Shown: positions 26,024 through 34,910 of the stretch, piece by piece
How the letters are laid out: the number at the start of each line of letters is the position of its first letter
Position numbering within the stretch: the stretch's first letter is position 1
Source: a virus
Lineage: Duplodnaviria; Caudoviricetes
IMG/VR virus record: IMGVR_UViG_3300029705_000042
DNA length: 64,000 nucleotides
Strand: one strand, 5' to 3'
The notes under the pieces: model-generated
What the model was told of the DNA's origin: nothing
Database searches by the model: none
The model's input: only the letters and a program-made list of their open reading frames with translations
Program-made: the position numbers and the translations under genes

Positions 26024-26488
26024 ATGATGGCTACTTCATATGAAAAACTTTACGAAAATCTTTTACCCAAATTTCGTAGTTATGAAATACCACTCATGTC
26101 TACTGAAGAAGTAAAAGATTATTTACACGATTTTCTTATACCTGCGATATCAAGATTTCATGTTTGTCGTAAGGACTTAAATGACAGAGATGATATCTTG
26201 CAAAGGTTTAATGTTGAGTTGTCGGATACAGAGATTGAAATATTGAGCAATTATATGCTTATTGAGTATATTGATTCTGCATATATAAGAGTTCCTTCTT
26301 TATTGCAGAAACAGATGCCTTCGAGTGATTTCAAAGTGTTTTCTGATGCTAATATGATTGATAAATTGATGGCAATGCATACAACCTATGTGAAAGAAAA
26401 TGAAACTCTTCTCTCTCGCTATGCGTGGATGGGAGCAAAAGAATTAGGCGTGAAGCTTGGTGCTGGATATAAGAAAGCAAAATTTTAA
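26024..26488 (+). CDS. Probable head-tail adaptor
   Basis: Position; LSDTEIEILS motif. Confidence 0.55.
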   Translation: MMATSYEKLYENLLPKFRSYEIPLMSTEEVKDYLHDFLIPAISRFHVCRKDLNDRDDILQRFNVELSDTEIEILSNYMLIEYIDSAYIRVPSLLQKQMPSSDFKVFSDANMIDKLMAMHTTYVKENETLLSRYAWMGAKELGVKLGAGYKKAKF

Positions 26489-26518
26489 TAATAATTTAAA
26501 TGAAAGGTGGTGGGTCAC

Positions 26519-27601
26519 ATGAAATGTTTAGATAGATTTAATAAACGAATGAATTTAAGTGGTGGGTCTCTTAGAGAAGAATATATTTTTAATACGAGAG
26601 AGTTGTTAAATGAAACATTTACAGACGACCCATCCTTTACATTTGGAATATATTTTTGGAGATTAGGTTTAAAAGAATACATTCACGAAAAGCCGATTGG
26701 TATTAGATTGTATGGTAGGGCATTTTCTGCTGCTAATGGTGTAACTGTTAAGTTTCAAACACCTTATGATACTCCTGTAGTTGTTGGAGATATCATATAT
26801 GATGCTAACAAAGACGAATATTTGATTTGTACAGAAGCGTTTGATATTGATGGTATGCATTATAAAGGCAAATTTACTCTTTGTAACTGGATATTAAAGT
26901 GGCAGAAGAAGGATGGTACAATTTTGGAGTATCCTTGTCATGACATGAACTCTACACAGTACAACTCTGGTGAACAGTCTAATAGAAACTTTGTAATTGG
27001 TTCATCTCAGCATATGCTTACATTGCCTTGCGATGAAAATACTATGGAGTTAAGTACTCCACAAAGATTTTATCTCGATAAGGCTACAGTCAATCCTACT
27101 TCCTTTATTGTAACTCAGAATGATACTACGAGTTATAATTACGGCAAGAAAGGTTTAGTTAAAGTTACGGTATATGAATATCCAAACAACTCTGCTACTG
27201 ACAGACCCGATTTAGGTATTTGTGATTATATTGATATGACGAATCAAAATGCGAGTAAAACAGAGATTGTTCAAACTATAAGTATAAATTCTAATAGAGC
27301 GCTTAAAGCGGTTATTGATTATAATACTACGGTTATTAAATCTGGTGGTGACTCGCAGATGTTTATTGGTAAATTCTATGACGAAAAGGGGAATGAGGTT
27401 CAAGGCGTAACGCCGCATTGGACTGTGACTTGCCCTTTCTTTGATAAATTGACAGTGGAAGAATTTGATAACGGATTGAGTATAGGGATAGATGACGATG
27501 CTTATATTGACGAGGAATTTAAGATAACTCTTTCGGATAAAAATAAAGATAGTGATGTCACCCCCTCCTCTCTGCTTATCAGAATTGAGTCGTTGTTGTA
27601 A
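26519..27601 (+). CDS. Probable neck / head-closure protein with Ig-like C-terminus
   Basis: Position; CNWILKWQ motif; beta-rich. Confidence 0.5.
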   Translation: MKCLDRFNKRMNLSGGSLREEYIFNTRELLNETFTDDPSFTFGIYFWRLGLKEYIHEKPIGIRLYGRAFSAANGVTVKFQTPYDTPVVVGDIIYDANKDEYLICTEAFDIDGMHYKGKFTLCNWILKWQKKDGTILEYPCHDMNSTQYNSGEQSNRNFVIGSSQHMLTLPCDENTMELSTPQRFYLDKATVNPTSFIVTQNDTTSYNYGKKGLVKVTVYEYPNNSATDRPDLGICDYIDMTNQNASKTEIVQTISINSNRALKAVIDYNTTVIKSGGDSQMFIGKFYDEKGNEVQGVTPHWTVTCPFFDKLTVEEFDNGLSIGIDDDAYIDEEFKITLSDKNKDSDVTPSSLLIRIESLL

Positions 27602-28110
27602 TGGCTAATAGTTCAATTATTAAAAAAGCGAAAAATAAGATTGTTAAAGAATTTATCAAAGATGCTGATATTGTAGCCGCTATAAATAGTAGTACAGTAA
27701 AACCTAATGAATCCGAAAAACTTATTAATACACATATTTTCAATTATAATCAGAATCCCCACACTCTGAATATAGTTGGAACATTTATAACTATACAGGT
27801 TCACATACCTCACGATTATTATACTGATTATAAAGCCGCTGCTAATCGTGTAAGACCTACTATCGAAATTTGGATTATATCACACGAAAAACATATGGTT
27901 GTTGATAATGTACCAAAAGTTACTCAAAATCGAAATGATTATTTGTCTGAATTGATTGATAATAAGGTAAATGGCAAGACTGGTATTGGTATTGGTGAAA
28001 CAATATTGTTGAGCAATATTGAAGGCTCTTTTCAACAAGATTATTTATTTAGAAAGATGATATTCCAATGTACGGACTTGAACTGGTCTTTATGTGAAGA
28101 AGACGGGTAA
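27601..28110 (+). CDS. Probable tail terminator / neck protein
   Basis: Position; RNDYLSELID motif. Confidence 0.5.
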   Translation: MANSSIIKKAKNKIVKEFIKDADIVAAINSSTVKPNESEKLINTHIFNYNQNPHTLNIVGTFITIQVHIPHDYYTDYKAAANRVRPTIEIWIISHEKHMVVDNVPKVTQNRNDYLSELIDNKVNGKTGIGIGETILLSNIEGSFQQDYLFRKMIFQCTDLNWSLCEEDG

Positions 28111-28130
28111 GGTAAAATGGATGAGGTAAT

Positions 28131-28964
28131 GTGGAAATGTTTGATATAGATGAACTTAAAATTTATAGAGGTTCTGACATACCGATTACTGATAAAATTA
28201 TTGTCACACAACCTACGATTGACCAAATTATAGAGTTTGGTGAGAAACGATATTTGCAAACAGTACATTGTTTGACTGGCGTAGGCGCCGATTTTAAGTG
28301 GCAATTATGGGATTACTTTAATATTGATTATACTACGATTGACGACTATGAATTGTTTAAGAAAATGATTTGGAGAAGTCTTTCGAGTAAGAAACATATC
28401 CATAAAGAATTAACAGAAAATCGGGAAAAATATGCAGAACAATTAAAAAATATATCAGAAGAGGAATTGACTGAAATGTTAGTTAACCCCCTCTCTTTGA
28501 TTTTAAAAGATATTGACTTGGCTGATTTTGAAGAATATGAGTCGGATAAGTGTTCAGAAACTATTTTATATGACAAAGAACACGATATAACTATTGATAG
28601 ATTTGTATATATGAGAATCGTTGATGCTGTCAGAAAAATTCACGGTTTTAAGCGGAACAATCAAATGCCCGCTAATGAAAGAACCAAGATGGATTTAATT
28701 GACGACGCAAGAGACGAAGCTATGATGGCTGCTCAAAAAGAATATAAGAGCGTGTTGCAACCTCTTATTTCTGCTTTGGCTGTTAAAACAGGGCAATTGG
28801 GCAGTGATAGCATTTGGAATACAAAGATTTATATGTTCTTTGATAGTATAAAAAGAATTAATAAAATACAGGATGCCACTTTGTTGTTACAAGGTGTTTA
28901 TTCTGGCTTCGCTAGTCTTAAGGGTGTTGATAAAACACGACTTGATTGGATGGGCGAAATATAA
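28131..28964 (+). CDS. Hypothetical tail-region protein
   Basis: ORF track; position before the major tail gene. Confidence 0.6.
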   Translation: MEMFDIDELKIYRGSDIPITDKIIVTQPTIDQIIEFGEKRYLQTVHCLTGVGADFKWQLWDYFNIDYTTIDDYELFKKMIWRSLSSKKHIHKELTENREKYAEQLKNISEEELTEMLVNPLSLILKDIDLADFEEYESDKCSETILYDKEHDITIDRFVYMRIVDAVRKIHGFKRNNQMPANERTKMDLIDDARDEAMMAAQKEYKSVLQPLISALAVKTGQLGSDSIWNTKIYMFFDSIKRINKIQDATLLLQGVYSGFASLKGVDKTRLDWMGEI

Positions 28965-29031
28965 AAAATATATAACTGACAAAAGTTATTATACATTAAA
29001 TTAATAAATTGAATTAAAGGAGATATATATT

Positions 29032-29853
29032 ATGGCTTTTAATAAGAATGAAGTTGTTCTTGAGAAAGTGCGTCAGGCAAGTTATTATAACTTGGAAGAC
29101 GGCAAACTTGAACTTAGAATTACCAGTATTGAAGACCCCTCTTTGGGTTGTACAGCAGAGGGTGAAGAGGTAACTGATGCTATCGGTTCTCTTATCACAA
29201 CGATTTATAGAGCTAAGAAGGCGACATTCGGCGGTAGTAACTCCCTCATGTCCTTTGACCTTGCTGCTGCTCAGTACGGTACAAAGAAAGAGGTTGCTTC
29301 TGCTGATAACAAGATTGTCAACTATGCATATGAGATTCTTGAAGTTACTACCACGGAAACTGGCGAAGGTGAAAATAAGGTTGTAACCGTAAACCCTGTA
29401 AAGCTTAAGAATGTACCTAAGGTAGATAGCATTAAGTATATTTATAGCATTGAGAGTGGCGAGATTGGCGCCCATTACAAGGTTAATAATGCTGCAGCTT
29501 CTGAGAATGAGTGCTTTGTAGCTGACGACGGCACTATTACTCTTCCTTCTGCTGTAACTTCTGGTAAGGTATATGTTGAGTATGCATATGAGACGGAAAA
29601 TGCTGTTCGTGTAGTAAACCGTGCGTCTCAGTTCCCGACTGCTGGTAGACTTGTAATTCTCGCTTACTTCAGAGATAAGTGCACGGATAAGGTATATTCT
29701 GGTGCTGTAGTTTGTCCCAAGGCAAAACTCAATCCTGAATCTGTAGAGCTTGCTCTTACTTCTACTGGTAAGCATCCTTTCGAGTTTACCATGATGAGAG
29801 ATTACTGCGATGAGCTTAACGACGAGCTGTTCGAAATCATCCTCAGCGAGTAA
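29032..29853 (+). CDS. Major tail (tube) protein
   Basis: Strong RBS and codon bias; beta-rich; followed by a hairpin. Confidence 0.7.
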   Translation: MAFNKNEVVLEKVRQASYYNLEDGKLELRITSIEDPSLGCTAEGEEVTDAIGSLITTIYRAKKATFGGSNSLMSFDLAAAQYGTKKEVASADNKIVNYAYEILEVTTTETGEGENKVVTVNPVKLKNVPKVDSIKYIYSIESGEIGAHYKVNNAAASENECFVADDGTITLPSAVTSGKVYVEYAYETENAVRVVNRASQFPTAGRLVILAYFRDKCTDKVYSGAVVCPKAKLNPESVELALTSTGKHPFEFTMMRDYCDELNDELFEIILSE

Positions 29854-29889
29854 TATATTAATAGAAATTATAAGTTTCAAATATATATG

Positions 29890-29910
29890 AGTAGGGGGTA
29901 AACCCCTACT
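29890..29910 (+). terminator. Hairpin after the major tail gene
   Basis: AGTAGGG-GGTAAA-CCCTACT; weak U tract. Confidence 0.4.
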
Positions 29911-29936
29911 CTATGTATTTAATCGGAGGTAAACAG

Positions 29937-30374
29937 ATGGCAGAAAAAAATAACGCTACTTGTTCAATTTGCGGCAACGAATATTATGTTTGTCTTTCGT
30001 GTAAAGATGCAATAAAGCTTCACCCTTGGAAGATTCATTGTTGTTCAGCAGATTGTTTCAAGGTTTCCCAAGTGGTTAGAGGGTTTTCTACTAATGTATA
30101 TACCAAGGACGAGTTTAAGTCTAAGTTGAAGAACATTGATTTGAGTAACTTGGAAAATTATAGAGAACATATTAAAGCATTGATTAAAGATGCTTTAAAA
30201 GAAGAAAAATTTGTTGAAGATATTGTAACTATTGAAGAAACGGTTAAAAATGTTACAACAGATGAAGATATAGTTGTTGAAAATATTGTAGAGATTGAAA
30301 AGACTGAAACTGCTGAAAATATTATAAAGCCAACTATATCTCGTAAGAGAAATTATAAGGTAGAAACAGAGTAA
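29937..30374 (+). CDS. Hypothetical Cys-rich (Zn-binding) protein
   Basis: CSICG..CLSC..CCSADC; GGAGG RBS. Confidence 0.65.
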   Translation: MAEKNNATCSICGNEYYVCLSCKDAIKLHPWKIHCCSADCFKVSQVVRGFSTNVYTKDEFKSKLKNIDLSNLENYREHIKALIKDALKEEKFVEDIVTIEETVKNVTTDEDIVVENIVEIEKTETAENIIKPTISRKRNYKVETE

Positions 30375-30544
30375 TATTCTTTTCTATTATTTTTATGTGT
30401 GTGAATTAAGTTAAATCATAAACGAAAGGATATATTGTATTATAAAAAATTCACACGCATTTATTAAAACAATATATCCTTTTTTTTACGATTTAACTCT
30501 TAATGTAAGAAATATTTGAAAATTAATGAAAGGTAGAAAGAAAA

Positions 30545-30775
30545 ATGAAAGTATTTTCATCAACAACAGGTAAAAATTACGAAGTTGAGGAATCGACACA
30601 TTATAGAAATATGGCTCAATGTGCATTTATGCTAAGCAAAGTAGATTGTGAGCTGCTAGATGTTTTTGAAAATAACGGAAAAATTGTTATGGTCTTCCCT
30701 CGTTGGATGCACGAGAAGTATATTCGTGAATGGTCTGAACGACCTCATGAAATGAAGGATAAGAATAATGGCTAA
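30545..30775 (+). CDS. Small hypothetical protein
   Basis: ORF track; RBS. Confidence 0.65.
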   Translation: MKVFSSTTGKNYEVEESTHYRNMAQCAFMLSKVDCELLDVFENNGKIVMVFPRWMHEKYIREWSERPHEMKDKNNG

Positions 30776-31316
30776 GAATGAAGGTAAAAAATTTGAATCA
30801 ATTTTAAAGTCTAATTCCCCCTCTTATCTAAAAATGGTCAGAATTCCAGACCCACCCCAAAGTTTTGTTCAAAGAGATGACACTAAGTTTTCTCATCAGA
30901 ATCCTTATGACTTTGAAGCATACGATAGTCTTCACAGAATATCATATTCATTAGAATTAAAGTCAACATCTCAAAAGTATCTTTCTTATCATACTTGTGA
31001 AAAGGATGAAAAAGATGGTAAGAATGCTATGATTCAATGGCATCAAATTAAAGGGTTAACTATAGCTTCTGAATACGACAATTGCATCGCAGGATTTATG
31101 TTTAATTTCAGATTAGATAATGGTGAACAATTGTTGTACTTTATGAATATAAAAGATTTTAACAAGTTTAGACAAAGCACAAATAAGAAATCTCTAAATA
31201 TTTTAGATATCTCCCTTGGTGGTGGCATTAAAATCAATGGGGAGAAATTGAGAAAAAATTACAGATGGAATTTAGATGAGTTTTTTAAATCTCAATCTAA
31301 AATCTATCCATTATAA
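30768..31316 (+). CDS. RecU-like Holliday junction resolvase
   Basis: NEGKKFE, PYDF, LELKST and HQIKGL PD-(D/E)XK pattern. Confidence 0.75.
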   Translation: MAKNEGKKFESILKSNSPSYLKMVRIPDPPQSFVQRDDTKFSHQNPYDFEAYDSLHRISYSLELKSTSQKYLSYHTCEKDEKDGKNAMIQWHQIKGLTIASEYDNCIAGFMFNFRLDNGEQLLYFMNIKDFNKFRQSTNKKSLNILDISLGGGIKINGEKLRKNYRWNLDEFFKSQSKIYPL

Positions 31317-31392
31317 CAAATAAGTAGATAATTAATAAAATAAAATAAAAATTTTATGTGAAAATATAAGAAAGGTTTGAAATGGTGAAAAT

Positions 31393-32004
31393 ATGAAAAA
31401 CATTAAAACAGGAGCTTATTTTTACAACGACGAAGCCCGCAATTTTAATTTTGCAACTGACCTCTCGGCTTATAAAAAAATGATGTTTGTAAACTATGTC
31501 GTTAATTCAATCATTGACGATGACCGCTATGATTCTATAGTAAGAGATATGATTTTTGATTTTGGTCTGGTCTCTATCTTTACAGATATCAATACTTCCT
31601 TTATTAACACTACGGACGATGATGGTAATTCTATTAACCCCATTATCTTTATTGAGCAGTTTCTTGAAGAAACTAATGTTGTAGATATTGTAAAAGCAAA
31701 TATGGAAATCGGTCTTCTTGACGAACTTAATAAGGCAGTAGACAAGTCGATTGAATATCGTACTGGTATTCACCCCTCTCCTCTCAACGAAGCTCTTGCG
31801 AGTCTTGCATCTACTCTTGAAAAGAAGATTAATGAATTTGATATGGGTAGCATGATGGACATGGCACAGAAGTTTGCTGGTATGACTGATGAACTTACTC
31901 CTGAGAGTATTATGAATGCTTATATAAATAGCGATATGCATAAGAAGAATTTGGAAGAGGTTGCTGAAGCTAAGAAAGATAATGACGAAGTTGTTGATGA
32001 GTAA
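31393..32004 (+). CDS. Hypothetical protein, possible tail assembly chaperone
   Basis: ORF track; position. Confidence 0.55.
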   Translation: MKNIKTGAYFYNDEARNFNFATDLSAYKKMMFVNYVVNSIIDDDRYDSIVRDMIFDFGLVSIFTDINTSFINTTDDDGNSINPIIFIEQFLEETNVVDIVKANMEIGLLDELNKAVDKSIEYRTGIHPSPLNEALASLASTLEKKINEFDMGSMMDMAQKFAGMTDELTPESIMNAYINSDMHKKNLEEVAEAKKDNDEVVDE

Positions 32005-32006
32005 TT

Positions 32007-32504
32007 ATGGTTTTTAAGAATGAAAAAGAATTAGAAAAATTCATGTTAAATAAATGTCATAGTGCATTGGCAAAAGCTCAAGAAAAAGTTTATCAGATTA
32101 TTGATAAATTTTTAAATGATTTTTATAAGGATTACGACCCGAGTACTTATGTTGATTTGGATGGACAAGAAAGGCATAAGAAAAAATATTATATAAGAAC
32201 TTATCAATTGCTTCACTCTTTAGTGAAATCAGAGATTGTACAATCTAAAAATGGTTATGAAGCAAAAGTATATTTTGACTATGATAGTCTTCAATATTTA
32301 GACGGCAATCAACCAAGTGGCTTACAAGTAATGGAAGCTGCTGCACAAGGTTTACACGGTGCTATCGGTGAAAATTTTCAGTATGTAGAAGGTAGGACTG
32401 GTGTGGGTATTTGGAATGACCCAATAAAAGAACTCGACGCAAAAGCCATTGATATGTTAGTAGATATGTTAAAAGCTGAAGGTATTCCTGTTAAAAAAGG
32501 TTAA
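32007..32504 (+). CDS. Hypothetical tail-completion-like protein
   Basis: Y.RTYQL motif; position. Confidence 0.5.
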   Translation: MVFKNEKELEKFMLNKCHSALAKAQEKVYQIIDKFLNDFYKDYDPSTYVDLDGQERHKKKYYIRTYQLLHSLVKSEIVQSKNGYEAKVYFDYDSLQYLDGNQPSGLQVMEAAAQGLHGAIGENFQYVEGRTGVGIWNDPIKELDAKAIDMLVDMLKAEGIPVKKG

Positions 32505-32532
32505 TAATTTATTTAGAAAGGAGGATGATTAT

Positions 32533-33582
32533 ATGGCAAAAAGTAATGGTAGAGAAACATTTAGAAAAGTTATAACTTCTGACGAACTCATCTCTCAGAT
32601 AAATCCCGAAAATATTAAACTTATGGAAAGATTTTTGAAGAACTTTGCTACTAAGCGTTCTCCTAAATCTGTTGTTGTATATAGAAGCAACCTAACAATG
32701 TTTTTCTGTTGGTGTGTAGAAAATGTTGATAACAAGGCGTTTACTGAGCTTCGTAAAATTGAAATTTTAGATTTTTTTGATTACGCTTTAAGCGAATTGC
32801 GCTGGTCTCCTAACAGATTTGCAAACATGCATGCCACTCTTTCAAGTTTTAGTGCATGGATTGAAAACTATTATGACGAAGATTATCCAGAGTTTCGTAA
32901 TCTTTTACCTAAAATCGAAAAACCAGTAAAAGAAAATGTTAGAGAAAAGACTGTTTTGCAAAAAGAAGATATTGATAATTTAATGGATTATCTTGAGAAA
33001 AACAATATGGTTCAAGAACAATGTCTTCTTTCTTTAGCTATTTCTTGTGGTGCAAGAATTTCAGAACTTGCAAGATTTACTACAGACCTTATTGATGAAA
33101 ATAATACTGTATTCGATGGTTTGTTCTTGGAGACTACCAGAGAAATAGTTACAAAAGGTCGTGGTGTTAATGGAAAGATGCTTAAGAAATATATTTTAAA
33201 AGATATGTTTCTTCCTTATTATAAGAAATGGTTAGAAGTACGAAAAGAAATTATGGAAAACACTGAACAAACCCATGATTGTATATTTATTACTAAAGAT
33301 GGTCTTCCTGCTAATGCTGACAGGTTAAGAGATTGGATGAGTAATTTAAGTGATATAGTTGGAAAACCACTTTATATGCACTCACTTAGGCATTACAATG
33401 TGTCGATGTATAAACGTATTGGTTTAGAAGATGACTTTATTGTATATCTTACTGGTTGGTCTGAAAGTACTGGACATAGTATGATTAGCATTTATAATGA
33501 TATGACTGCTAAAGACCGCACTTGGAAGAATTTAGATAAACTTAAAAATGCTTTAGAGCAAAATAATTTTGATAACAATTAA
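32533..33582 (+). CDS. Tyrosine recombinase (YomM-like position)
   Basis: GARISEL (R), TKGRG (K), HSLRH (H-x-x-R), LTGW (W) and IYND (Y). Confidence 0.9.
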   Translation: MAKSNGRETFRKVITSDELISQINPENIKLMERFLKNFATKRSPKSVVVYRSNLTMFFCWCVENVDNKAFTELRKIEILDFFDYALSELRWSPNRFANMHATLSSFSAWIENYYDEDYPEFRNLLPKIEKPVKENVREKTVLQKEDIDNLMDYLEKNNMVQEQCLLSLAISCGARISELARFTTDLIDENNTVFDGLFLETTREIVTKGRGVNGKMLKKYILKDMFLPYYKKWLEVRKEIMENTEQTHDCIFITKDGLPANADRLRDWMSNLSDIVGKPLYMHSLRHYNVSMYKRIGLEDDFIVYLTGWSESTGHSMISIYNDMTAKDRTWKNLDKLKNALEQNNFDNN

Positions 33583-33633
33583 AGTTATATAATAGGCTTT
33601 GGCGGATAGACACCGCCCTCCTATTCAAATATA

Positions 33634-33657
33634 GGGGATAGTCTTCTATCCCCTTTT
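33634..33657 (+). terminator. Intrinsic terminator-like hairpin
   Basis: GGGGATAG-TCTT-CTATCCCC followed by TTTT. Confidence 0.55.
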
Positions 33658-33676
33658 AATATTTTGGAGGCTTATT

Positions 33677-34738
33677 ATGACAGAAGAAAACGAAAAAATA
33701 TATAAGGTATATAAACATACTTTACCTGTGTCTGTTTCTGGTAAGAAAAATGATATGGTTTATATCGGAATTACTTGTAAGAAAAATATAAAACAAAGAT
33801 GGTTGAATGGTCGAGGTTATGATTATAATCTTCATTTTTCAAACACAATAAAAAAATATGGATGGGACAACCTATTGCACGAAGTTTTATTTGACGGTTT
33901 AACTAAAGAAGAAGCAGAACAAAAAGAAATAGAACTAATTGCCTTTTATGATTCTACAAATCCGAAAAAAGGATATAATCTTTCTCTTGGTGGTAATTCT
34001 TCTGGAAAACATTCAGAAACAACAAAACAACTTATATCTCAGAAAAATAAAGGCAAAATAAGAGATGAAGAATTTAAAAAAAGATTGTCCGAAGTACATA
34101 AAGGAAAACCTAAAAGCGAGGAATTTTGTCAAAATTTATCTGATATACATTCAATAGCCGTTATTTGTATAGAAACAAAAGAAATTTATAAATCTGCTAC
34201 ATTTGCTGGAAAAGAATTAGGAATTGATAATAGTACAATTTCTAAATGTTGTAGGGGCGATAATAATGAAGCAGGTGGATTTCACTGGATGTTTGCAAAT
34301 GAATACAGCGAAGAGAAAGCAAAAGAATTATTAGAAAAAACAAGAAATAATCAACATAGACAGGTAATGTGTGTAGATAATAGAAAGGTATACGATACCA
34401 TTCAAAGTGCAGCATTGGATGCAGGTGTTAATAGCTCTGAAATTAGTGCCTGTTGTCGTGGCATAATTATGTCGGCAGGACAAAAAAGATGGTTGTATTT
34501 AGAAGATGCAACAGAAGAAAAAATACAAGAGTTATTGAGTATCGATATTTCATATGGCAAACCAAAGTCAATTTATTGCGTTGAATTAGATATGATATTT
34601 AAAAATGCTAAAGAAGCTGGTGAATATACTGGCGTTATAAGTAGTAATATTATAGCAGTTTGTAAAGGTAAAAAGGGTCATAAAACTGCTGGTAAGTTAC
34701 CAGATGGCACAAAATTACACTGGGAATATGCAAACTAA
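33677..34738 (+). CDS. Free-standing GIY-YIG homing endonuclease with NUMOD3/NUMOD1 repeats
   Basis: YKVYKH..VYIGIT..RW, E.ELI, GYN; HSETTKQLIS; three ISKCCRG-type repeats. Confidence 0.85.
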   Translation: MTEENEKIYKVYKHTLPVSVSGKKNDMVYIGITCKKNIKQRWLNGRGYDYNLHFSNTIKKYGWDNLLHEVLFDGLTKEEAEQKEIELIAFYDSTNPKKGYNLSLGGNSSGKHSETTKQLISQKNKGKIRDEEFKKRLSEVHKGKPKSEEFCQNLSDIHSIAVICIETKEIYKSATFAGKELGIDNSTISKCCRGDNNEAGGFHWMFANEYSEEKAKELLEKTRNNQHRQVMCVDNRKVYDTIQSAALDAGVNSSEISACCRGIIMSAGQKRWLYLEDATEEKIQELLSIDISYGKPKSIYCVELDMIFKNAKEAGEYTGVISSNIIAVCKGKKGHKTAGKLPDGTKLHWEYAN

Positions 34739-34910
34739 ATAACAAATAACAAATAAAGTTATATTAATAAGATTTGTTGGATAACCACCAACTATTTATT
34801 AATATAATTAAACTTAAAATAAAGTAAAACAAAAGAAAAATTAAATTAGAATATTACAGCACCCTTGGAGGTGCGTTTTATAATGCACCTGAAAGGAGTG
34901 TGAATTATAT

